Source: Ginkgo biloba
Taxonomy: Eukaryota > Plantae > Ginkgophyta
NCBI GenBank assembly: GCA_024626585.2
Contig: JANKJI020000002.1
Coordinates: forward strand, 228,063,976 to 228,087,781
Reading direction: 5' to 3'
DNA length: 23,806 bases
The notes beneath the pieces are model-generated. The model was not told the origin of the DNA and did no database searches. It worked only from the letters and a program-made list of their open reading frames with translations. Below, piece by piece: positions 1-11,315 of the stretch (position 1 is its first letter; each line of letters begins with the position of its first letter). Both the position numbers and the translations under genes were made by a program.

Positions 1-1
1 A

Positions 2-583
2 ATCCATTGGTTAGCTGTAAAGTGAATTATGAGATATCTTTGAGGAACATTGCAATATAGACTTGAGTTTGTTGAGAATGATGACTTCAAGTTACAAGTA
101 TACACATATTCAGATTAGGATAGTTGTGCTAACATGAGGAGATCTACATTTGGATACTCCTTTAGTATGGGATCAATTGCAGTGACCTGGAGTAGTGACA
201 AGCAGTCAACCATCGTCCTTTCCTTGATAGAAGTATAATATAAAGATGTAGTTGTAACTACATCAGAAGCCATCTAGTTGAGACAAGTTCTCGGTGATAT
301 AGGATTAGATCAAGAGGAAGCAACAAAGTTATAATGTGACAATCAAAGATTGATAAATTTGGCAAAGAATCATATGTTCCATGTGAGGACCAAACACATT
401 GAATTTTATCATCACCTCATCTAGAAGATGATATAGAATGAGGACATCAAGTTAGTGTACAAACTTACTGAAGATCAAATTGCTGACATATTCACCAAAC
501 CTCTATCTCAAGACAAATTTTAGAAGTTCGGGGATGGTATTGGTGTGAAATGTAATGATGTAAACATTAAGGGAAAGTGTTAA
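2..583 (+). pseudogene. Ty1/copia pol C-terminus (end of RT plus RNase H), degenerate
   Basis: Frame +2 reads IHWLAVK*IMRYL*GT...YTYSD*DSCANMRRSTFGYSFSMGSIAVTWSSDKQSTIVLSLIEV*Y...L*CDNQRLINLAKNHMFHVRTKHIEFYHHLI...TEDQIADIFTKPL. This matches the copia RNase H motifs (SDW, RRSTSGY, WSSKKQ, CDNQ, RTKHI, ADIFTKPL). It has several stops and no frameshift. Confidence 0.96.
569..577 (+). promoter_or_regulatory. Polypurine tract of the copia element
   Basis: AAGGGAAAG lies at the end of pol, immediately before TGTTA at 578. Confidence 0.8.
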
Positions 584-924
584 AAATATTTATATTTTAT
601 ACTGTTTACAGTGCCAAATCTATTGTAAAGGGTCACGACCTAATGTCATTATTCCTATTACTATTCAAAGGGTTAAAGTGTCATTAGGGTGAGTCGTAGT
701 TGAGTCAACCCTATGGTGACAAGTGTTGGGAGTTACAAGACATGTGTCATGTCCGTATCTGATAATTACAAATTTATATTTGTATAAATGTACCTTGAGG
801 CTATGTACAAAGTTAATGTAGAGTTTGTGGTTTGAAGGTAGACCAATTCTACCAAATATTTGGTATTTTGTGTTCTTATGGAATGTTAAAGTTATTTTGG
901 CATTCTAAATTTATATGTATAACA
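578..924 (+). mobile_element. Copia 3' LTR (~347 bp)
   Basis: Starts TGTTA right after the PPT and ends TAACA at 924, giving a 5-bp terminal inverted repeat. There is an internal TATAAA at ~783, and sequence character changes after 924. Confidence 0.72.
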
Positions 925-2338
925 CTACACCAAGAACAATAAGAGTATTGACATACACAAAATGGAAGCATTGGAAATGATGATATTGATAAAGTTATAA
1001 GGATATCATATAACATCCAATTAAAGAAATTATAAAATTTAAATTTGATGACCTAATAAAGTCTTAATAATAGATATAAAACTAGTATGTGCATTTGAGC
1101 AAGAATGAAAATAAAGAGAAATTGATAAGGTATTTTCTACCTTTTAATATATGGAAGGATAATTGCATATATGGGGTTCTAAATGGATGTTTGTGTATCA
1201 AAATGACTAAATATTTTAATAGTTTTTAGATGACCTATGCAAGAGAGTGGATACAAATTAAGTATGTGGATATAAAATTCAACTTAACTAATTCTTTATT
1301 AGTTGCAAAGTATACTAAAAAATTTAAGGCCCTTTAAGAAAAGGTAAATATATTAAGGGATAATATTGTTTAGTACTACATTACCAAGTGAAGCCTAGAA
1401 TTGAAAGTATAATTATAAAGGCACGGCACATAGATATTAGAGAGCATATTTTACTTAGAAATGTAAATAGAATAAATCCATCAAGCATATAAAATACATT
1501 ATATTCATAAAGAAGATCTTAAATACCTCAAATAAATAATATCTATAAAGGATATTGCATTCCTTTAAGGGATAATATCCACAAATGCCATAGGAAATAA
1601 AAGAGGAACAACTTATGAATGAACAATTCTATAATGTTAAATATATTCTTATTAAGTAAGTGAAAGAAATTAGAGAAAGAGTTCTTCATAATAGAGGTTC
1701 TGAGGAAGGACCTAGAAATTAAGGACATAAAGAAAGAATAAATAGATGATAACAATAACAATGCCAATTAAGTTATTATAAAAGGAATAATATTAAAAAT
1801 AGTTAGAGTGAATATTTCATTATAATTAATGGAATGTCTTCTAAGGATGCATATCAAAGTCCAAGTCACTTATGATGGTGGATGCATAAGGTATGCACAA
1901 TTTTCTAGATATAAGGGAAGCCAAAAGATCAGGTATAAATCTCAATAGAATTTAAATAGATTCCCTATTTTAATCCTAAGGAATAAGCAAATAACATTTG
2001 AAATAAAAAACATGCATGTATAAATAATTAATTATACATTAAGAGATTTATTTTCCATTATTCCAATTAGAGGTGCAAATAGAATACTAGGAATATAGTG
2101 GTTGCAAGCCTTGGAAACTTCTGAGACAAATCATAATAAAGATTTTATTTCATTTAATAACTAAGGAGTAAAGTTAGAAATATAAGGCACAAAATATAGA
2201 ACCAACAAAATATCCATCCCTCAATATATGGGAAAAACTATGCAAAGGTGATACTTGGGTTTTATCATAAGACTAGTTAGCATGAAATCATAAGTAGATC
2301 TAGCAACTAACAATTTCAAATGGAAAAGAACGAACATG
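925..2338 (+). pseudogene. Highly decayed Ty3/gypsy gag-aspartic protease remnant
   Basis: Gag-like VAKYTKKFKAL*EKV (~1302) and LKV*L*RHGT*ILESIFYLEM*IE (~1401). Protease active-site region LMMVDA*GMHNFLDIREAKRSGI (1869-1940) resembles LVDSGATHNF. Protease C-terminal part DLFSIIPIRGANRILGI*WLQALE...FISFNN*GVKLEI*G (2045-2190) resembles DVVLGIQWL. Confidence 0.78.
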
Positions 2339-2438
2339 NNNNNNNNNNNNNNNNNNNNNNNNNNNNNNNNNNNNNNNNNNNNNNNNNNNNNNNNNNNNNN
2401 NNNNNNNNNNNNNNNNNNNNNNNNNNNNNNNNNNNNNN
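2339..2438. other. Assembly gap (100 N)
   Basis: Run of 100 N. Confidence 1.
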
Positions 2439-2535
2439 TTTTAGAGGAATTTGGCCTATTGGCGAATCTAATTTTTGAAAATTTTAGAAAAAATAGCCAA
2501 TTGGCTATATATAGCCACTAAGATTTTACCTGCTG
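2439..2535. repeat. Cluster of TGGC(G/T)A/TAGCCA motifs with overlapping palindromes; possible DNA-transposon subterminal region
   Basis: ATAGCCAATTGGCTAT (2493-2508) and TGGCTATATATAGCCA (2502-2517) are perfect 16-bp palindromes. Related TTGGCC and TTGGCGA motifs lie upstream. The block ends ...TTTTACCTGCTG (CAG-type end on minus). The hAT-like assignment is inference only. Confidence 0.35.
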
Positions 2536-3484
2536 TGAAGGCTTTTTATAACTACCCCATTAGTGGGAGATTAAGAAAGAATATCAATGTAGTTTCATGT
2601 ATTATTCTCCCTTTTAGATGTTTCTGATTATGTTGTGGCATTTGTAAGGGGAACGTTCCTTCTATGCAAAGTAAACCATTAAGTAAAGTTCATTTATGTA
2701 TGCCTTTAGTTATGTTATGGTATGTGTAGTTGAATGTATGACTTAAATGGCTCTTATGGATTCATCTAGCCTTTCTATTGAGTTCTAAAAAGGTTTGTGC
2801 TATAAGAGTCTCTACTCTAAGATTGGCCTGACACTATTGACCAATGTAGGTATGGTGGGAGGCCCAAATACTTCCTTCTCACTCTCCCTAGTTTTATGGG
2901 TGAATTTACTTCAGCCTTCCCTTACTAAAAGTTCTATTTCACTACTCACTTTCACCGCTGATATATATGGGCCTAGCCCTACTGACTTGGTATATTTTTG
3001 TATTATTCTTCCCCTTCCCTACTATTTCTTCTAGACATCTCCCTTACCTCCTCCTCCTATGCTCCAACCACTGTTCAGTGGCATTGAACCAAACCTCAAC
3101 CTCCCCATTTATAATATAGTCCTATGAATATTAGTTCGTGGCTTTTTGCTTTTGCTTTTATCATTTTTATACGAAATGAAACTGCACCTATTAAAGAAGA
3201 GGTCTTTTGACCCCTCACTGTTGACCCCAATTTGTCACTATTTTCCCTCTCTTTGAGTTGAGTAGACTAGCCATCGCCTTATCCAACTCTAGGTGTCACT
3301 TTGGACTATCAACATGAATGGTGTTGTCATCGAGTTGACTATTATTGTTGAAATGTCTCATTACTTTGAATCGAGTCACATAGAGGCTATCTCATTGAAT
3401 GGTTATTCTGAATGATGTGTCCTTAGAAAAACCTCTACATGGACCAATCAACAGTTAAGAAGCTACAATAAAAGTTGGCTAGAT

Positions 3485-3584
3485 NNNNNNNNNNNNNNNN
3501 NNNNNNNNNNNNNNNNNNNNNNNNNNNNNNNNNNNNNNNNNNNNNNNNNNNNNNNNNNNNNNNNNNNNNNNNNNNNNNNNNNNN
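3485..3584. other. Assembly gap (100 N)
   Basis: Run of 100 N. Confidence 1.
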
Positions 3585-3951
3585 GTCAATCTAAATTAAA
3601 GCCTAATCAAATTAATCTAAAATTAAATCAAAATAAAAACAAAAGAAAATCAAGGGAGATAAGGCGACGGCTCTTGGGGAGGTAAAGCGATTCATCTCAG
3701 CTGAAATGATTCAAATGGGAGGAACCAAATTGGTCCAGGGAGAAGAGAACATACAAAATCAACCCATCTATCTATCACAGAATCATGCATCTATCCCTAT
3801 TTGTTGCTGGATCTGGCATCGAATCTAACCATGCAACCGACATCCCTAACCTGAGAAAATTTGTCTAAGCTCAATCTGAGGTGTTCCTATTTTTTTTTTG
3901 GTTTTCTTTGGTTCTTACTTAGAATTCATAGGAAAAACAAAATGGTGCACA
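3585..3951 (+). mobile_element. 3' part (R/U5) of a 5' LTR of a Tat-type gypsy element
   Basis: Ends ...GGTGCACA (CA at 3950-3951), followed by TT and a tRNA primer-binding site. The left end is lost in the gap. Confidence 0.65.
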
Positions 3952-3953
3952 TT

Positions 3954-3971
3954 TGGCACTCCCGGTGTGAC
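3954..3971 (+). promoter_or_regulatory. Primer-binding site, tRNA-Arg type
   Basis: TGGCACTCCCGGTGTGAC lies 2 nt after an LTR-like CA end and is close to the TGGCACGCCC(A/G)GTGGGAC Arg-type PBS used by Tat-clade elements. Confidence 0.68.
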
Positions 3972-4768
3972 CAAACAAATGTCTTATTCTCACTCCTACT
4001 TTTCTTTTGTCATATTATTCTCCATGATGAGCATTCTCCATTTCCCATAGGTGATATCGTAAACTAATTCAATGCCTGCCAACACCCATGGCCGCTAAGT
4101 ATACTTTAAAAATTACACTATCTAGTGCAAGCGATTTTAACCCTGTTACAAATCGGTGACTTTATGAACCAGTGTTTTTATGCCTTGAGCGAATCTAACT
4201 TAAACCGATGACATTGGTATTGCTAACTTCATGGATTTTGATTCATCCACCCGAGTACCTACTTGTCGCATCTATACACAATTTTTTTTAACAGCCTTTC
4301 GGCCCTCATAGAAATCCTGTCATCCCCACTTAGCTGCGTATAACAATGTGAACTAGTTGAACTCTCCCGCGGCGTCATAAAATAAAAAAAACAAAATCCT
4401 AGTTTTCTAAAGGTTAATTTAATTAAAATATGAAAGGGGCTTATATTCAATTCATTTTGGTCATATGCTATTCATGAGATCATAGTCTAATTTCCCCAGG
4501 AGCTTAACTTTATTTCCTTTATTTTTGTCATCTTTTATTCATACCGTTGTCCACACTTCCATGTAAGTTTACACGTGGTTTAGTTCTTTATTATAATTTT
4601 GTCCTAATAAGTTGCTAGCTTATAGGAAAATTTTATTATGATGAAGACTCAAGTTTTAAGAAACTACTAACTATTATTGAAGTGAGGTGCGCAAAAATTG
4701 TACTAATACCCAGGCCTCAGACAACACCCATGCATCACGGACTTGGGCCTCACGTACCGAAAGGTATA

Positions 4769-4868
4769 NNNNNNNNNNNNNNNNNNNNNNNNNNNNNNNN
4801 NNNNNNNNNNNNNNNNNNNNNNNNNNNNNNNNNNNNNNNNNNNNNNNNNNNNNNNNNNNNNNNNNNNN
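4769..4868. other. Assembly gap (100 N)
   Basis: Run of 100 N. Confidence 1.
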
Positions 4869-5682
4869 CAAAATAAATAAAATAATAAAGTTGTATCCAT
4901 GAATATACTTATCTCCATAGGAAAATTGAATCTTCCCTAATCATACACTAGAAGTGCTCGACACATGATTTTGAAGCCAAGATTCAATGAGTATTATCCA
5001 GTGATATTGTTTTGTAATAGAATACTAGCATCTCTTGATAACCAAGTATACATATTTACCTCATTAAATGTACTAATATGATGATGAAATATCATTTCTC
5101 AATTCATCAATACATATATCATTTGATTCATGAGATATTCAAGAAGGGGAAAAAAATAATCACTTTAATTGAAATAAGATCTAAGATTACACGTATAAAA
5201 GAATCAAAATTTATAAAAATACGGGTGTAACCATTTTGATTATAATAATAAATATTTGAAGAAATAAAAATTTTATACTTGACCCAAAAGGTGTACACAA
5301 ATAATATGTAAAACATCTTCTTGATCAATAATCTATGAGAACGTAGGACATTCATGTTACTCTACAAAATACATAATAATAGGGAAGATAAAATAATGGG
5401 AAAGTATTAGGAAATATCCTCATTGATATTTTTGGTGGAACCCTTTTTCTTCCTTCATCCTTCCTTTTATCATTTTTTATTTAGAATCTTGAATCCGTTG
5501 CATGAAAATGAAAGACTAACTTCCTTTGGTTTTTCTTTCAACTTTCTGTTCATTATTGATCTATAGTTCTTGAAGACATTATAGTTTGGTTTGAATATCT
5601 ATCCTTCTAGCAGTAGTTAAATACTTATTATGAATAAAAACATTCATAATTCTTTTCTTCATTTTTATAAGTTCTTCATTTT

Positions 5683-5851
5683 TTAAATTTTTTTTTAAAG
5701 TATGATGGTTCAAGATAGGCCTACCTCTATAAACCCTATCCATGGGCAAGCGACCCCTCACTATCCATGGATGGTAAATCAAGGGGAATAGAACCTCGGT
5801 CTAGTGGGTATTAATCTAAAGTTGTAGCCGTTGTGCCAAACCCATGGGAGA
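5683..5851 (-). mobile_element. tRNA-derived SINE (copy 1, ~170 bp)
   Basis: On the minus strand: A box TGGCACAACGG, B box GGTTCTATTCC and an A-rich tail. Flanked by an identical 17-bp TSD TATAAGTTCTTCATTTT at 5666-5682 and 5852-5868. Confidence 0.9.
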
Positions 5852-8053
5852 TATAAGTTCTTCATTTTAACTTCTTATAAGATAATTTATTTCTTGATTA
5901 TGATGTCATTTATTACATAAGGAAGAAGTCATTTGACTAAAATCTATTACTTCCTATTTCTATAAGTATTGAGGACCTTCACTTTATCTAATTGAACTAA
6001 TTGCATATAATCTTCCTTTGGGATTATTTTATTGTCCTTCCATGAAGAAGGCATTTGTTCTTCCAGAACCAGCTTCATAAAAAAAGACCAAGCTTCAAGA
6101 ATTTTATTATTTACATTAAAAATTAGTTGGATCCCTCTCCAGTGAAATCTCTATTGATAATAAAAGAGGTTTCATACTCATGAATATCTTCTAGTTTGAG
6201 GTATGGGTATCCAACACATTTTCCCATATAATTATGGAATTCATTCAATTATTTATCCATAAAAGATTCCAATTCACTTAAGAATTAATAATACATCTCA
6301 AGGTAGAATTAAATATTATATAATAAAATTTATATTTTATGTACAAGCTCCCATACTTGGAGACCTAATTGTATTATTTCTTCCATTGCTTTCTACGTGA
6401 AGTCTAAGAAATCTTGTTTGCAAGTGTTTTTGGAGTAGAGTTGCTTATGCAACTAAGTTTCTTCTAAAATCAACATATAAGAAGATGATTTCAAGGATTT
6501 TAAGGCTAGTGGGGGGAGTGAATACTAACTCAAATGATGCTAATTTATTTTCAAGAGATAACTTTTAGTTGCTTAGCTAATAATTCTCCTAATAAATTTC
6601 ATCCAGTTTCACCTTAAGAGATTCAAAATAAAAATCATGAAATTGAACTGTATCTTAAGATGACATTTGACCTATGTCTAACTCAATATTTTAAACTAAT
6701 AAATCAATAATAGTCATACTGACTTTAGGTCTTAGGGTCCTTTATTTTTCCAATTGGACTTTGATCACCTTCTTGGTTGAAAAAAACTCAAAAGATGTAT
6801 GTTACTTACTAAAATTCAATGATGAAGAAGTACCTTATTTAACAAGAGATTTTTTTTTATTCAAAAACTCTATAATCTAAGGGTTTAGTACAGGATCTTC
6901 TTGAGGATTCCCTTCAAACATTTCTTTTGAATTTTTCTTAGCCATTAGAGAGGTTTGAATATTTTAGAAAGAACTAAGGTTAGGTGACTCTCTAAAAGGG
7001 GTTGACCTCATTTCTTAGCATGAATCCTTAGAATTATGATTCCTAGAGGCCCTTGAATTCCTAACAACATGACCTTCCTCCTCATGCTCAAATTTATATT
7101 TTTTCCCTTTATTCATGGGACCTTCACAATCCTCTCTCCCTAACACTACACTTTGTCTAGTTACTACCTAGTGTATGAGATCTTGATCCACCTAGAACAA
7201 CTTTGGCTACTTCATTAGTTGTAGATTTATCATCTTTATTTGATGATTCAGGAGGAGACTCTTCCCCTTGTCCCTTAGTGGCATCAGTGATTGAATTTTC
7301 TACATTTAGGATTTAGTCTTCCACATACTCTTCCTCTCAAGAGATATTACTATCTTAGGTGGTACTTGAACTATAGGGACTAGGTGGTACTACCTATTTT
7401 TTTATGAACTACCCATTCATAATATGTGGGATTTGTAAAACTATCTTCTAGGTCCACCATATGAAAGAAATACATCTTCAATTGCATTAAATATTTAAAG
7501 AAAAATTCATATGGTTCATAGTATATTTACAAAACAATATCAAGGTGATATTATTTAATATCATCTACTATACTCCTACGATGCCCAATATTTATGATGG
7601 TGATTTTACCTACATGGGAAGGAAACTTATGGAAATCTGACTTTTTTTGCAAATGCATCAGTTTGAAATGAACCAACCACATTTGTTGGCCAATTTAATT
7701 CAATAAGGTATAATCATTTTTAAATTTTGGGAGTCTATGAGGCTTTCCTTGAAATACATACAGGTAGATATAGGTATAATCCTTCTAAAAACCAATCACC
7801 AATTACTTTTAGGCATATTTCATTACAAAACTCACTCTATCTATCTCAAAATGATGAAGGTAATAAAATCCTTTAGAGGCAAATTTATTATTCAAGATGC
7901 AATGATATATCTTATGATTTTCCTTCTAGACCTTAGGGTACCAATGAGTAATTGGTAACCTTATTTCCTCCTTATTATACATATTGATGCTTAGTCCAAG
8001 GAATATTTGGGAAAAAAGAATAGCATACACCAAGTAAGAACTCCTATAAAAAT

Positions 8054-8250
8054 CCTCTGAGGGCGTGGTGCAATGATCGTAACTTTGGATTGATATCCAT
8101 AAGAATTTGGTTCCATTCCCCTCATATTCACCCCCTTATAGAATACGAGGAAACATCATAGGGCATGGGGATGAGGGGTAGGCCCAACTCGAAACCTTAT
8201 CTATGGCAAGAAAATTGTCTATGCCTGTTGGTACCCCATGCCTAAAAAAA
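8054..8250 (+). mobile_element. tRNA-derived SINE (copy 2, ~197 bp), related to copy 1
   Basis: A box TGGTGCAATGA, B box GGTTCCATTCC and an A7 tail. TSD TAAGAACTC(CT/AC)ATAAAAAT at 8035-8053 and 8251-8269 (17/19 identical). Removing the SINE restores FYVSSYLVY in ORF copy A. Confidence 0.88.
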
Positions 8251-9477
8251 TAAGAACTCACATAAAAATGGTGTGAATAGGGAAATTCAAGTAGTTGTTG
8301 AAAAATATTTTCACTAATAATATTGGCCTATTCGTAAGCAATTCCACCCTTTGCAACATTGAATATAATTTTCAAAAAATAATAATAAATTTTTTTCTCT
8401 CTCTCCAAAAACCTTAGTAATTAAATCCACAAGGATTTAAAATTTATTTTAGTTTTTACTCGTGTTGTATACTCACTACCAAATAGGTATTTGCACCTCA
8501 ATTTCAATTTAGTCATTTACCATTTTAGGTAATTTCCATGCTTTTTGATAAAAATATTATTCATTTTTAAAATAAAATGACTCCATATGAGGAGGAAGGT
8601 GAAGCATTATGGATAAAATATCAGGGGTTAAGTCACAGAGTACCGAATTCATTTTTGAAGTCATAGTTTATAACTACATATTGAATCTTGAAGCATACCA
8701 TTCTACCAATAAGCGTGAATGCATGAATTGAAGCATGACAATAGATTGAATTAAACCAAATTTCCATAGTGTCTTCTCTTCCCTCTTTTCTCCCTCCATT
8801 TGAATATGTTTCATAAATAGAGAACTAGAACTAGACTGACATGTATTAATTGTATCCATAATTTCCACCATTGATGAAGTTGCTAACACTTATGATCCTT
8901 TCGTAGGTTTCATCCCTATTGAATATTTTCTCAATTTTCTTATGAAATATTCAATTTATATTTAATAACCTTATTGATTAATGAAGATACAATCTTTGAT
9001 AGACACCTATATACCATGTTTATGGTCAAGATTTGGTGATTTCTTCAGTATTAAATGTACTCAACCTTGGTTTGATTTATGGTATGCAGTGTGATCACCT
9101 TAAATGATCCTTATTTTAAAATGAGTTATAGATGGGAAAGTAAGATAAAAGATCCTCAAAGTGACAATTTTCCATTAATGAGAGGCACCCAAATCCATTA
9201 TAGAAAAAAACATCATGTCTTGCCCAATTAATCCTTCTCATGAATCCTTCCACCTCCAAGAACCCAAAACCTAATGATTTCCTTTAGATACACTAGATGT
9301 GAACTTTGACTTAATCTTCCCTCATTCTTATTTTAAGTATGCAAATCCATGAAAAACTTCATAATTTTCTTAAATTTCTTGTAACCCCAAAATTTAAACC
9401 CTAAAACTATTGTGAACAATTTTATAGATATGATGTCCTAGTTAAATAGATTTAATTCTTTAGCTCAGGTCCATAAA

Positions 9478-9960
9478 CTATCTTTGAGATTTTGGGGATT
9501 TTGAAAGGTGACCATCCATTCCTTGGATATCCCAAATTTTAAAACTCAAAATCTCCCTATAGGGCATTAATGGGTGTAAGTCTTCATGTGAATGAACCTT
9601 CCATTCGAGTTTAGGGATTATCATAGTGTAATCGAATATTCTTGACCAAGAGAAACCTAATGAAGTTAGTTGCCAAAATTTATGCAATTTCTCTAACCAT
9701 TTCAACCTAAAAATATAGATCATAAGATTATCGTAACTTAAAAAACTATGTAGATACATATTACCAAAACTCATTATGCATTTGATGACATAGAATCAAT
9801 TGATCATCTAAGAATTAGAACTTGAGTCTTTCCAATACATTGGCATCCCTTCTTTACTTTGATCAAAATAATATTTTGATTTTAACTTTGAGTATTTTCT
9901 CTCTAAAATTTCATTCATTCATATTATAAACTATACCCATGGAAAAGAGGTCCCATTCAT
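9478..9960 (-). pseudogene. Second uncharacterised degenerate reading frame upstream of, and in frame with, the start of ORF copy A
   Basis: MNGTSFPWV*FII*MNEILERKYSKLKSKYYF...PMYWKDS...SFGNMYLHSFLSYDNLMIYIFRLKWLEKLHKFWQLTSLGFSWSRIF...PKLEW. About 4 internal stops in ~160 codons is few for this AT content. It includes track ORF 9478-9774. Confidence 0.5.
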
Positions 9961-10104
9961 GCCTCAATAATGTCTAACTATTCTAGTTTGCACAGATTCC
10001 TCAATTTTTAATAATGATAATTCTATATTTTCTAGAGTATATAAAGTTATCCATAGTTATGGGTATCTATATTAATGTGTTACCTTAAGTTATGTGCCAA
10101 TGTA

Positions 10105-10336
10105 TGTTGGAAAATGTGTCAGTTGTAAGCCAAAGTGTCAATATAAATATTGATTATTATTCCATGTATGTGTAATAGTTAGATACGAGAGTCTTTAAGT
10201 GATGTAATTGTGCATGTGCAAATATGGATTAAGTCTGTCTTCAAAGTGGTTTTTACCTTATGGGTTTTCTACTATAAATTGTGTGTTTCAAGCTTATGTG
10301 ATTGCATTATGGTATCAAAGTATAATGATTTTAACA
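10105..10336 (+). mobile_element. Short copia-like LTR fragment or solo LTR
   Basis: TGTTGG...TTTTAACA ends, TATAAATA at ~10142, and GTGGTTTTTACCTTATGGGTTTTCTAC resembling a common copia U5 motif. No convincing TSD. Confidence 0.4.
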
Positions 10337-11214
10337 AGATGTCTAATAAGTAAAGAGTAAATGTATATCATAAATACATGTATAATATGTTATGAATTGT
10401 ATAAAGTCATTAGGATAATCTAAATGGCCTATGAAATTTATCTTCTTCCTCCACTAAGGCTCTAATTTTTAATATTCTTGTGTTCTAGTATTGATGTTAA
10501 AGTTATCTTAATATGAAGTATTCATACTAATCTGTTGCATGATCTAAATACCAAATATATTTCCTTATATTATTTTTTGGGTTTTATCATAAGTGTGAAG
10601 CTCCTACTAGTGAGAAATGTGAACCAATTAGAACCCACCTTTGGAATATGATCATTTTTCCTAAAATTATTAGAAGCATTATTGTTGTTTATAATGGGAA
10701 TACCGTCAATCAAGTTGAAATTAATTTGAGAGGCTATGTTTTTTCATATTAATACCATCAATGTGAACACGTTTGCAAATTAGAAATATATGTAATAATG
10801 GAAAATAACTATTTCAATTGGTTCTTGCCATTCTTAGCTTAAGATGATTGGTCATTACTTGGCAGATTTCTCTATTTCATGCAATCTAGGGAAGCATTGA
10901 AGGCCTAGTATTGGTGCTACTCATTCATCCATATTTATTCCTTTACTTATTCATTTTATTGGAGAATGCACATGATTTTATATGTGTTTTGGTTACCATT
11001 CCTTTTACAAAATAAGATGCAACATGCTGCATAAAATACCTAGTTAAGGAAACTTTAGAATAAAGTTGTGATAAAGTAATGGCTACTAAATTTTGTTATT
11101 CTCTATAATGGAAAACAAACATATAAGGAGTAAGTTCACTAATAGATTTGATTTTATCGATATATTTGTGTTTGTAATTGATTATTCTTCTATGAAGGGT
11201 GCTTTAATTATTTC

Positions 11215-11314
11215 NNNNNNNNNNNNNNNNNNNNNNNNNNNNNNNNNNNNNNNNNNNNNNNNNNNNNNNNNNNNNNNNNNNNNNNNNNNNNNNNNNNNNN
11301 NNNNNNNNNNNNNN
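11215..11314. other. Assembly gap (100 N)
   Basis: Run of 100 N. Confidence 1.
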
Positions 11315-11315
11315 T

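Larger units (their letters stand above)
5500..8889 (-). pseudogene. Copy A of a long (~1000 codon) uncharacterised retrotransposon accessory ORF, interrupted by two SINEs
   Basis: Minus-strand translation through stops and frameshifts gives ...SVLCDLTPDILSIMLHLP...LVDLITKVF...YE*ANIISENIFQQLLEFP...FYVSSYLVYAILFSQIFLG...RLPITHWYPKV*K...IGDWFLE...FQGKPHRLPKF...DLEDSFTNPTYYEWVVHK...DLLV*NIELDIGQMSS*DTVQFHDFYFESLKVKLDEI...LEEQMPSSWKDN...LLLEG*IF. It is colinear with copy B. Ends are approximate. Confidence 0.85.

Noticed and set aside
5780-8125. Functional tRNA genes at the A/B-box sites
   Set aside because: I could not see a complete cloverleaf. Unrelated 3' bodies, poly(A) tails and TSDs identify them as SINEs.
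9394-9406. Plant telomere repeat (TAAACCCTAAA)
   Set aside because: It is a single unit, expected by chance.
10310-10320. TGGTATCAAAG as a tRNA-Met PBS
   Set aside because: It matches 10/11, but it is not at the usual spacing after a clear LTR end, a better AACA end lies at 10336, and no gag follows. Left unresolved.
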